DNA of 63,985 nucleotides, counting the filler, from Circinaria calcarea (Eukaryota), in assembly GCA_051942165.1 (NCBI GenBank). It is 4 parts of 4 records of this genome, joined end to end, with 100 filler letters (N's around TTAATTAATTAA, not from the genome) between each part and the next. Parts side by side here need not be neighbours in the genome. Positions count along the whole stretch, not along the records: positions 33,705 to 50,411 come from JAVECS010000305.1; positions 50,512 to 63,985 come from JAVECS010000497.1; 2 more parts are not named here. One strand, given 5' to 3'. A program made the position numbers and the translations under genes. Within the stretch, counting starts at the first letter, position 1. The number at the start of each line of letters is the position of its first letter. Below the pieces are notes generated by a model, which saw nothing but the letters and a program-made list of their open reading frames with translations, did not search any database and had not been told where the DNA came from. Below, one piece after another: positions 40,362 to 53,876 of this stretch.

Positions 40362-43300
40362 ATGTCGATGCTCGCTCCGCAAGTCCATGCAGCCCTCACG
40401 CAACTACTCCAAGCGCTTTCGGCCCCGGATAACGATGTTCGAGCTCGAGCGGAGGAACAACTGAGTACAGAATGGGTGGGACGGCAGCCAGACGTCTTAC
40501 TGATGGGCTTAGTGGAACAACTACAGGAGGCTAGCGATCCATCGGTGGGTACAGTCGAAGTTGTCTCACCGTATCGGCATTGGCAATGAGACTAACAAAG
40601 AGCCTCTCACGGGCACATGTAACAGATTCGGTCATTTGCAGCAGTGCTTTTTCGGCGGATTGCCTCGAAAACGAGAAAACTACCGGGGACGAACGAGCAG
40701 CGGGAACTATTTCTGACCCTCCAACAAGGCCAGAAACTCGCCATCAGGCAAACACTGCTGCAATGCTTGCAGACTGAAGGCTTGTCACATGTCCGCAACA
40801 AGATTGGGGATGCGATTGCAGAAATAGCGAGGCAGTACTCAGACGATGGTATGGAAATTAGGGAAGACACGCGCTGAAGGCGAGGGCTGACTGACCGCTT
40901 TGTTAAGGAGAGCCGTGGCCGGACCTACTTGGGGCTTTGTTTCAAGCCAGTCAGTCGCCCGATGCAAGTCAGCGGGAGGGAGCTTTTAGGATTTTCGCAA
41001 CCACTCCCGGTATTATTGAGCGGCAGCATGAGGATATAGTGCAAGCGGCTTTCGCCAAGGGGTTCAAGGACGACATCGTTGCGGTATGCTTCACAAATCC
41101 GCTAGATGCGTGTCACCATACTTATTTCTTCAAAGGTGAGAATCGCAGCCATGGAAGCGTTTGCTTCGTTCTTCCGGTCCATCCAAAAGAAATCCCAGAA
41201 GAAGTATTATGGCGCAGTGGCGGAGATTCTAAATATTCTGCCACCATTGAAGGCAGATGGAGACTCCGAAAATCTAACGAAGGCTCTAATTGCACTCATT
41301 GAGCTCGCAGAAGTTGCGCCAACAATGTTCAAGACTCTGTTCCATAGCCTAGTGCAATTCAGCATGACAGTTATCCAAGATAAAGATCTTGGAGACCAGG
41401 CAAGGCAAAATGCTTTGGAGCTTATGGCCACGTTTGCAGACTACAACACTGCCATGTGCAAGAAAGACCCCTCCTACACTTCAGATATGGTTACTCAATG
41501 CCTGAGCCTCATGACCGATATTGGCCAAGACGACGATGATGCAGCTGAGTGGAATGCTACGGAAGATGTGAGCACGGCAAGACTGTCCTTAGCTGACAAG
41601 CTGACTGTGAATAGCTGGATGCCGAGGAAAGCGATCTCAACCACGTGGCTGGAGAGCAGTGTATGGATCGGCTTGCGAACAAGCTTGGCGGGCAGGCCGT
41701 TCTACCACCGACATTCAACTGGCTACCGCGAATGATGCAATCAACAGCATGGCGAGATCGGCATGCAGCGTTGATGGCCATCTCCGCAATCTCAGAAGGC
41801 TGTAGGGAACTGATGGAAGGTGAGCTTGACAAGGTTTTAGCTTTAGTTGTGCCCGCTCTTCGAGACCCTCACCCTCGAGTACGATGGGCGGGCTGCAATG
41901 CCCTTGGGCAAATGAGTACCGACTTCGCCGGCACCATGCAGCAGAAGTATCACAGCGTCGTCCTCACCAACATAATCCCGGTCCTTGATTCCTCCGAACC
42001 TCGTGTACAGTCCCATGCTGCAGCGGCATTGGTCAACTTTTGCGAAGAGGCAGAGAAGACGATACTCGAGCCTTACCTGGACGATCTACTCAATCACTTA
42101 CTCTTACTGCTTCGAAGTCCGAAGCGCTTTGTTCAGGAACAGGCTCTTTCCACAATTGCCACCATTGCTGATTCTGCCGAAACCGCTTTTGGCAAATACT
42201 ACGATACCCTTATGCCTCTGCTGTTTAATGTGCTGCGAGAAGAGCAGTCGAAAGAATATAGGTTGCTTCGAGCGAAGGCAATGGAATGTGCTACTCTTAT
42301 TGGTATGTTCCTGTGGGAGCACATGATAGAGTTATGCTGATCAGGATAGCTTTGGCCGTTGGTAAAGAGCGGATGGGTCAGGACGCCCTTGAATTAGTAA
42401 GGCTTTTGGGTCTCATACAGCGTCAGTTTTTCGGATTCTACTGTGAAGACGTAACAATAGCTCACATCGAAACAGAAAATATACATGATGCCGATGACCC
42501 GCAATCGCAATATCTTTTGCATTGCTGGGGTCGGATGTGCCGTGTACTTGGGCAAGACTTCGTTCCTTACCTACCGAGCGTCATGCCACCTTTGATGGAG
42601 CTGGCTAGTGCTAAAGCTGATATACAGCTTCTGGATGACGACGAGCAAATTGCCAACTTCGAACAGGAAGAGGGATGGGAACTGGTACCCCTGAAAGGCA
42701 AAGTCATTGGCATCAAGACCTCTATACTGGAGGATAAGCACATGGCTATTGAGTTGATAGTCATATATGCCCAACAACTGGAAGCTGCCTTTGAGCCTTA
42801 CGTCCTGGAGATAATGCAGAATGTTGCGCTCCCAGGCTTGTCATTTTTCTTCCACGACCCAGTAAGAGTAGCGTCTGCAAAGAGCGTACCGATGCTTCTC
42901 AATTCATACAAGAAAGCCCACGGCGAGAGATCGCCGCCAATGGCGAAATTGTGGGAATTGACAATGGAAAAGGTGCTGGAGGTACTTGCGCCTGAGATAG
43001 CCATCGACACTCTAGCAGAGATGTACCAGTGCTTCTATGAGTCTGTGGAGGTACTTGGCAAGGACAGCCTCACACCTACACACATGGCAACGTTTATTGA
43101 GGCCGCCAAGGGTACTTTGGAGGAATACCAAACCAGGGTCAGGAAGCGACTTGAAGACCGTCAGGAAACAGAGGATGGCGAGGAAGAATCCGAAGAGACG
43201 CTTTTCGCGATAGAAGATGATCAGACACTCCTTTCGGATATGAACAAAGCTTTCCATACCATCTTCAAAAACCAAGGAAGTACATTTCTTCCAGCTTGGT

Positions 43301-44042
43301 CGCGTCTACTCCCATTCTACGATGCTTTCATTACGAATCCAGACTCCACCCAACGGCAATGGGCACTATGCATCATGGACGATGTCCTAGAATTCTGCGG
43401 TGACCAGAGCTGGAACTATCAGGACCATATCCGACAGCCATTGATCGACGGGATGCGAGACGAGATACCTGCAAACCGACAAGCGGCATGCTACGGGGTT
43501 GGCATTGCAGCTCAGAAAGGTGGGCAGGCATGGTCTGACTTTGTTGCTGAGAGTTTACCTCTGCTCTTTGCGGTCTGCCAGATTCCAAGCGCAAGGAATG
43601 ATGACCATGTTTTCGCAACGGAGAATGCATGTGCCAGTATTGCCAAAATCTTGCAGAACAATGCGCGCAAGGTACCCAATGTCCAAGAGGTCGTTGCTCA
43701 TTGGATCAATACATTACCGGTCGTCAATGACGAGGAAGCTGCACCTTATGCCTACATGTTCTTGGCGCAGCTCATTGATCAGTAAGTTAGATATAAGGTT
43801 CTGATTTATAAACATATACTGACCTTCTCTAAAGGCAAAATCCGGCCGTACTAGCCGCGGCTGACAAGGTCTTTATCGCAATTGCGTATGCTCTTGGGGC
43901 AGAGACGATACAAGCACAGACAGCACAGAGGGTAGCCGCTGCGGCGAAGAACCTGGTTCAGGTGGCAGGCATCGACGCGAGTAGGATCCTTGCAACCTTA
44001 TCACCCGAAACACAGCAGACAGTGCGTGCATATTTCTCATAA
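40362..44042 (+). CDS. PSE1: Importin beta-3 / karyopherin Pse1 (Kap121/Sal3), multi-exon
   Basis: HEAT repeats with [102 protein letters not shown]; ends VRAYFS*. Confidence 0.95.
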
Positions 44043-44589
44043 TCCCGCACTGAGTACGGAGCGGAGCCCAACGATGACGATCCGAATGACTGCGGTGTAG
44101 TGTAATGATACCCTGATGGTGGGGGATGGGCTCTGGATATAGCCTTAGGGAAGTAATCCAGACGGATGGCATTGCTTACTAGCTCTAGCGTTGGGATGGC
44201 AAAGCGGATTACTAGGTAGAATAGGTAGTGCCCTGGGACATAGACATGCAAAATACAATGCGCCTTTCCCTTGTTTTCCTTCCCTCAGTCACTGCGTTGA
44301 GCCTCGCGACCCCGATGTGTTTGGTGAGAGAAGGAGAGGGCCGTTATGGGCACTTCAGCCTTACATGACTGTGCAGGAGCCGTGATTGGTCGAAGCGAAA
44401 CGCGTTTCTCAAGCTTCCGGATTTCTGGATTTATCTGATGTGATATTGAAACTTCCATCCCTACTAGAACATAGAGCGAGTAGTAGCATCTGGAGCCTGG
44501 TTGGAGAAAGAGTTGGTTAACTCTTGGATCATATCTAGTAACGTACCAAGCCAAGCTCGAAGGCCGCCTGCGAGGCTCCTTACAAAAAA

Positions 44590-46677
44590 ATGTCGTTCGG
44601 TGGCCAAACACCCACCATTATAGTACTCAAGGAAGGTTCGTGACCCTACAATGATCGCAAGTGAGTATCGTGCCACTAATGGTATTTCAGGCACCGACTC
44701 GTCACAGGGAAAGGGGCAGATAATATCAAATATCAACGCCTGTCTAGCAGTTCAAGCAACCATTCGAAGTACCCTAGGACCATATGGGGGGGATCTATTA
44801 TTAGTCGATGCAAATGGTCGACAGACTATTACCAATGACGGCGCTACGGTTATGAAGGTGGGCTTTCTTTAATGCAGGCCTCAGCCTTAGCTAATCACAC
44901 TAAGCTCCTCGACATCGTCCATCCTGCAGCCCGCATCCTCACAGATATCGCCCGTTCTCAAGACGCTGAAGTCGGCGATGGTACCACGTCGGTTGTCGTT
45001 CTGGCAGGGGAGATTCTTAAAGAGGTCAAGGACCATGTCGAGCAGGGCGTTAGTTCGCAGACCATCATAAAGGGCTTACGGAGGGCTTCGGCGATGGCGG
45101 TCAATAAGATCATGGAAATTGCCGTGGACACAACAAATAGCAACGAGAAGGAAACGCTGCGGAGGTTGGCAGCTACGGCGATGAGTAGCAAACTGATACA
45201 TCGGAATGCGGACTTTTTTACGACAAGTGGGTACGATAGCTAGAGGATCTGGCAGCGTAGCTGACATAGCTACAGTGGTTGTGGATGCAGTACTCTCTTT
45301 GGATCAGGAGGACCTCAATGAGAAACTAATCGGCATCAAGAAAATTACTGGCGGGGCTTTACAGGATTCGCTATTCGTCAACGGCGTGGCTTTCAAGAAG
45401 ACATTCTCATATGCCGGGTTCGAACAACAACCCAAGAGCTTCAAGGACCCAAAGATTGTATGCTTAAATGTGGAACTGGAACTCAAAAGTGAAAAGGACA
45501 ACGCCGAGGTCCGGGTAGAGCAGGTATCGGAATACCAGGCAATCGTGGATGCCGAATGGCAGATCATCTACAACAAAATGGAGGCTCTGTTTAAGACGGG
45601 CGCTAAGGTCGTATTGAGTAAACTTCCCATAGGGGATTTGGCTACACAGTATGTCCCTGCTTTGAGATGGGTGACATTGTCGGCTAATGTCGATCAAGGT
45701 ACTTTGCAGATAGAGACATCTTTTGTGCTGGTCGTGTTTCCTCGGATGACCTCGAACGGGTGGTGCAGGCCTGCGGTGGTAGCATATCGTCGACCTGTTC
45801 AGATATACAACCACAGCATCTAGGAACCTGCGACCGATTTGAGGAACGGCAGATTGGAGGCGAGCGGTTCAATTTCTTTGAGGGATGTCCAAAAGCCAAG
45901 ACGTGCACTCTAGTTTTGAGAGGAGGGGCGGAACAATTCATTGCCGAGGTTGAACGAAGTCTGCACGATGCCATTATGATTGTGAAACGGGCCATTCGCA
46001 ACAAGAATATCGTTGCAGGCGGTGGAGCATGTGAGGTGAGAATCCCAACCAACCACTCTCCTCAAATTCCTTACTGTATCGATTTCCTTTGCCTGCCAAT
46101 CGGAATCTACCGGATAGTTCTAAACCTAAATGTGCCAATTGGCTTTTTCGCATACCCGTTTTGCTGGTTTCCATCTCCTCTTCCCGATTAAACTTTGTCA
46201 GGCTTGTGTTTTTATGGTGTATTCAGTAGGAGCTGATTGAGACTCTAGATGGAAATCTCCGCCTATCTGCACCGATTCGCGGACAGGAACATCCCCCACC
46301 GGCAACAGTCGATCATCAAATCCTTTGCCAAAGCGCTCGAGATCATCCCGCGTCAGCTGTGTGATAATGCCGGCTTCGACGCGACCGACATCCTCAACCG
46401 GCTGCGCGTGGAGCACGGCAAAGGCAGTGTCTGGGCCGGGGTAGATTTCGACCACGAGGGTGTGAGGAACAACCTGGACGCATTTGTGTGGGAGCCGAGT
46501 CTCGTCAAGATCAACGCCATCCAGGCGGCGGTGGAAGCCAGCTGCTTGATCCTGAGCGTGGATGAGACGATTCGGAATCAGGAGAGCGAGCAACCACAGG
46601 GGCCGCAGAGGGGATTGCCTCCCGGTGCCGCACAGAGAGCACTGAGGGGAAGAGGAAGAGGAATGCCTAGGAGGTAA
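44590..46677 (+). CDS. CCT7: Chaperonin CCT/TCP-1 subunit eta
   Basis: [81 protein letters not shown], tail [10 protein letters not shown]. Confidence 0.96.
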
Positions 46678-47758
46678 AGGGTCAAACTAGAGTGATTCGC
46701 AGAAGCTTCCATATCTTGCATGTAGAATACCCGGATGCCAAAAGTCCTGTTGTATAAAAGTGAAGCGCATGGCATGTCTTCTCCCTCGAATATGTCCAGT
46801 CCAGGCCGGATTCTGCACGTGACCTCGATCAGATGCCCACCTCTGAGTTGTCATCGAGGGGTGTACACAACACTGATTGTAATCAACCTGGAAAGTGCCA
46901 TTGGTCATGTCATGTCTTCTCGTCCCGCCACTGCATCATCCCCCTCCCCGACCCGAGAGAGAGGGGGGCCGCATGTATTGAGAGAAGGTAGCTAAGATCG
47001 ATTATCATCCTCTTCTACCGTCGCCCCTCTTTTGTCTTTGGTTCTCGAGGGTACGGAGTAATCGGGGCAGCGAACCGAGCGGGTCGGCTGCAGAGATCCG
47101 GAGGCGGCTAAGTCTGAAACGGTTCCTGGCGAGGCTATTGTTTCGCGTCGGGGTCAGATCCAATCAGTTGCGGCAGCAACGACATCAGCCTTTCGACAAA
47201 GGCCAGATGAGCGTGACTCCGGAGATTGACCTCGTGCGACACTGACAGTGGTGGTCGTCGTTGGATGTCTTGTTCTTGTTCTTGCATGCGAGATTCGATG
47301 CTGCTTATTCTACTCCCACGCCCCAACTAAAGGAGGCCGGGCAAGGGCAATTCTCCATTCTCCGTTATGCCATCGTCTCCGATTCTGTACCTGCAGACGG
47401 CAGTCCTGTCACTTTCGCATATTGTCCCGTGTATTCCGTTATCTGCGAGTTGTAACCGCTTTTTGCGGACCAAGGCCTATGGCCGACCGAGCATGGAGAA
47501 ACTCGTGCGGCTCGTCCTGACGGAGATTGAAACAAGCTGCATGGACTTTGTCGAGAGAGATATAGTAGGCTGACGAATCTCGCTGTCTTGCAATGTATCT
47601 CCTTGCTCCACGCGATCTTTCGCTCTCTACCCTCCGGACTTGCTGTCACTCCTTTTCAGCCTCCGCAAGTCTGGTACTTGGTCGGTTTTTATTATCTGCA
47701 TACTCTTCCTCTACATCGTTCCTATCGAACGTTTTTCGTTCATTACGCCCCTTGATAC

Positions 47759-50203
47759 ATGATGTACATCCAGTTCGACTGCTGGGTTGCCCTTCTCTCC
47801 TTGACCGTGACTACACTTGTCCTCCCGGTTGCTACTCAAAACGCCGTTCCCCAAACGGCCAAACCCCTCGGGACCTTCTCCAACGGTGCACCTTTCCTCG
47901 GCGGACAGCCGGACTGCAGTGACTCCGCTCCGGTACCTGATGTCTACGGTGCTCGCGATGTCGATCTACCATTTAGCCGTCTCTATCACGGGAAGATGAA
48001 ATTCTTCAAGCCAGGCCAACTCAATACCCCGACGGGGCCCACCGATGTCTTTGGCAGCCAGAACGATGATGCACAGCAAAGTGCCTGTGGAATCCCGGAC
48101 AATGCGTATTTCATCAGCAAAGTTGCCATCCATCCGTACTTTCTGAAATATGCCGACTTTAGCCGTGAGTGTTTGCTCCCTACATGCTTCGGGAGCAGTC
48201 AGTTGACAAATCGAGATCAACAGGTTACTGTATGCAAGATGTTTGTATTTCATTTTGGAAGGAGGACGGCACGTCAGATATGATACTGAAGGTCACTGAC
48301 ATCTGCACCACTGACCCAAATGACCCAACCCACTGCACAACTCCAGCCGATATCAAGATTGACCGTAGTAAGGCCAAGATTATGGAGAAGCTCAACAAAG
48401 ACATAGTGGGTGACGAATATCCGGAGAAAGTTTGGTGGTTCTTTACGAAATGCTGGGCCGATGTAAGTCTCCGCCTTAAATGTCTAGATTAGAGGTTTAC
48501 CCCTTTTAAATCTAGCTAAGCTCATACTCCTATCTAGGCTCTTCCTCAACCGGCGTATCAAGGAAACAACTGGTTCACTACCCCTACCCTTCCTTGCAAT
48601 CTGAAGTGGTCCCAGAGCGCTGCTCAGAAGCAGTACGATAACAACCAGAAAAATTACCCGAGTAAAGGATGGCCTACGTATCCAAACGGAGCATATAATC
48701 CCAAGAGGGATAGTACAACATCACCGGAGATATCTGATTGGGTTCCAGGCTCCGAACCGGCATGGAGTCCGATTGCCGGGGGGAAGGGTTGGGGCATCCC
48801 AAAAGCTCCAGTACCGTCTGGTGTGGGGTCATCCACTCCGATGAATTCTACTTCAACACCCTCTGGAAACAATCCCATCAAAGGAGCTACACCGCCCAAA
48901 GGAGCTACACCACCCAAAGGAACTACACCACCTAAAGGAGCTACACCGCCCAAAGGAACTACACCACTTAAAGGAGCTACACTACCCAAAGGAACTACAC
49001 CACCTAAAGGAGCTACGCCGCCCAAAGGAGCTACACCATCTAAAGGAGCTACACCACCCAAAGGAACTACACCACCTAAAGGCGGCCACTCAAGTTCCCG
49101 TCAACAGCGGCCGAAATCGAAGTCAGGTAGCAAAACAAGTAAGTAATACTATGACCTATATAAACTAGATACGGCCACTTAATGTAGGGGAAAACTCTGA
49201 CAATAAGTGAACAGCAACCCCAACCTATTCCTCAGCGAACATGCTAATCTCACCGCCTCCCGCAAACGTTGCCAATGTGAATGGTGATGCAGTACCGCCA
49301 GCCGGCTCACTAACAACCACCATAGCGCACAACATAACTAGCTGTAAGCAATTCCAAATGAAAACTATTCCTATCTCAACCTCGACTAATTCAACTACAG
49401 CAGTGTCGGGATCTAATACCTATTCCTGCTCCTGCTCCTGTGCATGCTATGCTATTGAATCAGGCGGATCTTCTAACACCATGCCGATTAACTATCCTCC
49501 AGCCTCAAGTACAGTAGCTGCGATAGCACCTGGTACAACACCAGTACAAGGTAGTCCTCCAGCAGGCATGCCCAGTTCAAACAACTCCATGCCAGTGCCA
49601 GATCCTGGTACAACTCCAGTACAAGATAGTCCTCCAGCAGGCACGCCCAGTTCAAACAACTCCATGCCAGTTCCAGGTCCTGGTACAACTCCAGTGCCAG
49701 ATCCTGGTACGACTCCAGTCCAAGATGGTACAACACCAGTACAAGGTAGTCCTCCAGCGGGCACACCCAATTCAAGCAACTCCATGCCAGTTCCAGATCC
49801 TGGTACGACTCCAGTACAAGGTAGTCCTCCAGCAGGTACGCCCAGTTCAAACAACTCCGAGCCAATCCCAGCCCCAAACTCAGCGTCGGGAAATTCTACC
49901 TCAACCCCGAATGCTCCAGATGCACCCCAGGATACAGGATCCAACCCTTCTCCTCCTCCGTCTTCAGCAAACTCTGGGCCCAACGATACAGCCTCGGGAT
50001 CTACCCCTCCTCCTTCTCCTTCAACATCTAGTCCCGCTGATGGGTCTATGACAACCTCTCCTCCCCTTCTTCCGTCACAAACTTCTACCCCACCACCTGG
50101 GGCCCCGGCGCAGACTACGAGTAAAAAAGAGGATGCGTGTCCGCCAAAGAAAAAGAAGAGAAACCATCGGAGGGAGCATGCCAAGGCTAGATTGAGGGAT
50201 TGA
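47759..50203 (+). CDS. Predicted secreted 744-aa protein: DPBB (RlpA/expansin/barwin-like) domain plus repeat-rich Pro/Ser/Thr region and basic tail
   Basis: Hydrophobic leader (WVALLSLTVTTLVLPVAT). DPBB-like pattern QSACG…VAI…C…CI…KVTDIC…C…DIKID. Exons 47759-48164, 48224-48462, 48538-49138 and 49215-50203 total 2235 nt in frame; all introns are GT-AG. Confidence 0.72.
48880..49077 (+). repeat. Coding 18-bp tandem repeat, 11 units encoding KG(A/T)TPP
   Basis: AAAGGA(G/A)CTACACC(G/A)CC(C/T) units read directly. Confidence 0.95.
49529..49870 (+). repeat. Coding repeat of about 75 bp (PGTTPVQGSPPAGTPSSNNSMPVPD), about 4 copies with internal sub-duplications
   Basis: Recurrent CCTGGTACAACTCCAGTACAAG…AGTCCTCCAGCAGG…CCCAGTTCAAACAACTCC blocks. 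Confidence 0.9.
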
Positions 50204-50411
50204 AAAAGCCAAAGGGAAGCGAAATGATGCCAAGGGGGAGGGGGGTGGCTCGTGGTCAGGATGATATAGGAGCAGGAGCAGAGCGGGGGGAGCCCTTGAA
50301 GGATTGAGATGAGCCATGAACAAGAAAATGGAGATAGATGTACAGGTGTTTGGAAGTCACCCTATGGACCGTAATTAGGCCCTAGCGTTAGTTGTCATTT
50401 CAATGTACAAG

Positions 50412-50511
50412 NNNNNNNNNNNNNNNNNNNNNNNNNNNNNNNNNNNNNNNNNNNNTTAATTAATTAANNNNNNNNNNNNNNNNNNNNNNNNNNNNNNNNN
50501 NNNNNNNNNNN
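50412..50511. other. Artificial contig linker N44-TTAATTAATTAA-N44
   Basis: Same spacer as at 16768 and 33605. Confidence 0.97.
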
Positions 50512-51564
50512 CAGTAGTTTAGCGAAATACATTATATATACCACAACTGAGTATTATTGATTGGCTTGAGAAGTTGAGATTCTGCCCTTATCAGCATAAA
50601 TTTCATATACATTCCGAAGTAAATGTATTGGAACTTCATACACCTGACAAAGTAAGGAACAAAACAAGACACCGACAACAATTCATGGAAAAGCAAGGAT
50701 AGGAAAGAAGGGAGCGTGGAATTTAAATATCAAGCGATGATTGCGTAGAGGTGAATCGTTTTTAAGCCACTGCACCACAGAGTGATTTTTGATTCCTAGC
50801 ATCACAGTCCTTTAATATCAGCCGGCAGTATGAATCTGAATTGGGCTTGTCCCAAACCCTACAGAACATGCCGTTCTGTTTGCGTTCATGCCAGAAAAGA
50901 AAAGAGGAACCAAAACAGGTAGGTTTCTTCAAAGGAGCAATACATACGACTCCCAAGAGACCTTAATAGCCGCCAGCTTCACATCCTAATCGATATCACC
51001 AAGTAGTTGCAGGACTTAGAGCTTCCTTGAGAATAATATCAGGCGAACCGAAGCTCTACCATACCCCTTTGGATGATGCATCGAAGCCGAGAATAATTTT
51101 AGCCCCGTTCAAGACACTCAACCTCGATAACTTTACTACCGTGGATACCGGCCCTTGTTGGAAGTATAGGGCTTACCGAGGCATGTGTTGCATAGGAGGT
51201 CCATGCTCAACACTTCCAACATATATCATAAAAGCACTTTTCGTAGCATAGATAGTTACCAAGTTACACACTCGTACATAGCATAAATGTCACCACACAT
51301 ATTGCATGTTCAACATCTTTTTAGTTTCTCCGGCAAGTTCCCACGCATAGGTAAAGGAAACAAACTCTGCAGTGGCGATTTAAGGGGGTAGTTATAACGG
51401 AAGCCGACTTCCCCTACCGGGGTGGTTTCGATGTAAGAGATTTGAAGAGGATGATGTGATTTATCATCAACAATCGAGCACCCGTTCGTACATCAACAGT
51501 TCCGGCAACGACTTTTGCACATCCCCCTCGACTGTGATGGAAGATCACCAATCAGCTAAGCTTC

Positions 51565-53508
51565 TTATTTACCAACGCAGAATCTTTGAGCAATTAGCAT
51601 CCAATGTTGAGAAAGCGTGACTTTTCATTTACTTCTCAAACACCACTCCCAAAACCTCTTCTATGTCACCCGCTTCTCCCTTTCCAGTAATCTTAGCGAG
51701 AGTATCTCCAGCAGCGCGCAGGCTCTCTGCAGCCAGTACAATATCAACGTCGATGTATTGCTCCCCCAATCCAGCAGACTTGACAGTGTCGAGAAAGTTA
51801 TCGAGATGTCGGCGACATTGTACGAGAAGAAGACGCTGCCTCTCACTTGCCCCGAGTGATTCTTCCCATGGTTGTTGATGACTAGATGTAAGGCTCTCAG
51901 TATCAACTGCATTTGTCATAGACTTGAATGTTTCAATTAGTTGATCAAGAAACCTCTGGATCCCACCATCTGAAAAATTCCTAGTGCTCAACCCTTGCTC
52001 TTTACAGGAGATGAACAATGGGCTTAATTTAAGCCCACTCAGAGACTTAGCTGGCTCCATCAGACCGAGCAAAGCACTTAAGCCAGGTGGTTGAATGTTA
52101 TTCTCGCCACCTATGAGATCCGACTTATTGACAACACAGAGTATCCTTTGTTTGTCAAGATCACATCTGATCAACGTCTGAAGGATCTCCGCGTTGACTC
52201 GAACTCCTAGCCTGCCAGGATCGGTCACGCCGGGCTCTATTGACAAAACGACGACCACCACATCCGCAGCTACGACTCTTGCTTTAGCTCGCCTTATACC
52301 TTCCTCCTCAATTTCGCCAATCGGAGTCTCATCTGTTGGCCCGTTGGAGACTCCCTGATTAGCGCTGTATTCACGTAGCCCGGCTAAATCTCCAAAGCGA
52401 CATAGGAATCCACCAATATCCAAGTTAACTTCCACAACGTCACGCGTAGTACCAGCTTCTTTACTGACAATGGCGGCTTCCCTTCCTACAATCCTGTTTA
52501 AGAGCGAGCTTTTCCCTGCATTCGGCGCGCCAAGCAGTGCAATATTGATGCCGTTACGCAGAAGTTCGCCCCTCGAAGAATTTTGGATAGTCGTCTCAAT
52601 CTTCCCCCTAAGCTGACCGACCTGGTTTGCAACAGAGAAGATTAACTTTGCTGGCGACTCTTCGAAATGCTGATCCTCCGAGAAGTCAATGAGCGCTTCC
52701 AGCTCACCGCGAGCATATAATAACTGTTGCCTCCAGGCCTCATACCGAGCTGTGAGGGCGCTATTTGCTCCCCTGACAGCCAAGCGACGTTGCTGCTCGG
52801 TCTCTGCAGACAACGTATCGCCTAGCGCCTCTATCTGATTTAGGTCAAGTCTGTTATTGTAAAATGCACGCCGCGTGAATTCCCCAGGCTCAGCGTAGCG
52901 TACATCAGTGTTGCTTCTGAATAATTGTACCGCTTTCGGAATGGCAGCGAGTACAGCTTTAACCACAGCAGGACCTCCATGAATGTGTAGCTCCAATACT
53001 TCTTCACCTGTCGCGGTACGAGGCGCAGGGAAATATAGAACAAGCGCTCCTGAATCGAGTACTTGACTGTTTGAAGGAGAAGCACCTGGGTCGTACAACG
53101 TCCTGAGAGAACCATATCGAGGTCTCAAATTTGGTGCGCTGGGGCAGAGCGCCTTGTATATCTAAACAGGTTAACAGAGTTGTCCAGCCGATTTATCGAG
53201 ATTCTTACGTCTAGACATGCAGGGCCAGATATCCTGACGATTGCAATGGCAGCTCGCCCGGGTGCTGTTGAGAGGGCATAAATTGTACAGGTATCTGCAT
53301 TGAGTGTACCAAAGCCGTGTGCAGGTGGCTTGCTGCAATTCTTGCTGAAGCCATGAGAGCGAAGAGGAGCGTTGCTCCACCACTTCCGAGGAAAAGAAGA
53401 AAATGATCTAAATCTTGGCAGCTTATTACCTAGTGATGTAGATTGCCGTAAAGTGGTCTGAATAAGACTTAAGTATTGACTCGATGGGTATCGCGGAAGG
53501 CATTGCAT
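51565..53508 (-). CDS. MSS1: Mitochondrial tRNA modification GTPase (TrmE/MnmE family)
   Basis: Arg/Ser-rich presequence, TIYALSTAPGRAAIAIVRISGP, TGEEVLELHIHGGPAV, AEPGEFTRRAF, GAPNAGKSSLLN, AGTTRDV, NKSD, and spliced end VFEK|FCVGK*. The start codon is approximate. Confidence 0.93.
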
Positions 53509-53876
53509 CAGACACAGCAATTTATCTCCCCCTAACAATGAATGAAGGCTAGATGCAAATTCGGGACGCCCTACCGTGGTATACAGTCCCGCGCGCTTAG
53601 CCAGCGTACCATGACATGCGCGCGGGTATAGCAATTGTATTCGCATGTGCACGGTCCAAGACAAAGACAAGATGTCAACATGACCGGACGGATGAAGCAG
53701 TCCGTGGTAGGAAGTCATTCATACACTGAAATGCATGGCTTTTTCATGCGATCAGGAATATTGGTCAGACAGAAGCACCTGTGGGTATAGATTCAATGAA
53801 TTGAGAATTCAATTCGGGATGGGAAATTAGAAGTCATCGGAATTTGTTATCTGGTAGCCCGGCGTTAGATATTGCC

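Noticed and set aside
46036..46248. Unusually long CCT7 intron as a snoRNA host
   Set aside because: No box C (RTGATGA) and box D pair, and no convincing H/ACA structure seen.
48880..49870. Regular repeats as a CRISPR-like array
   Set aside because: Head-to-tail units in multiples of three inside a eukaryotic ORF, with no unique spacers and no cas genes.
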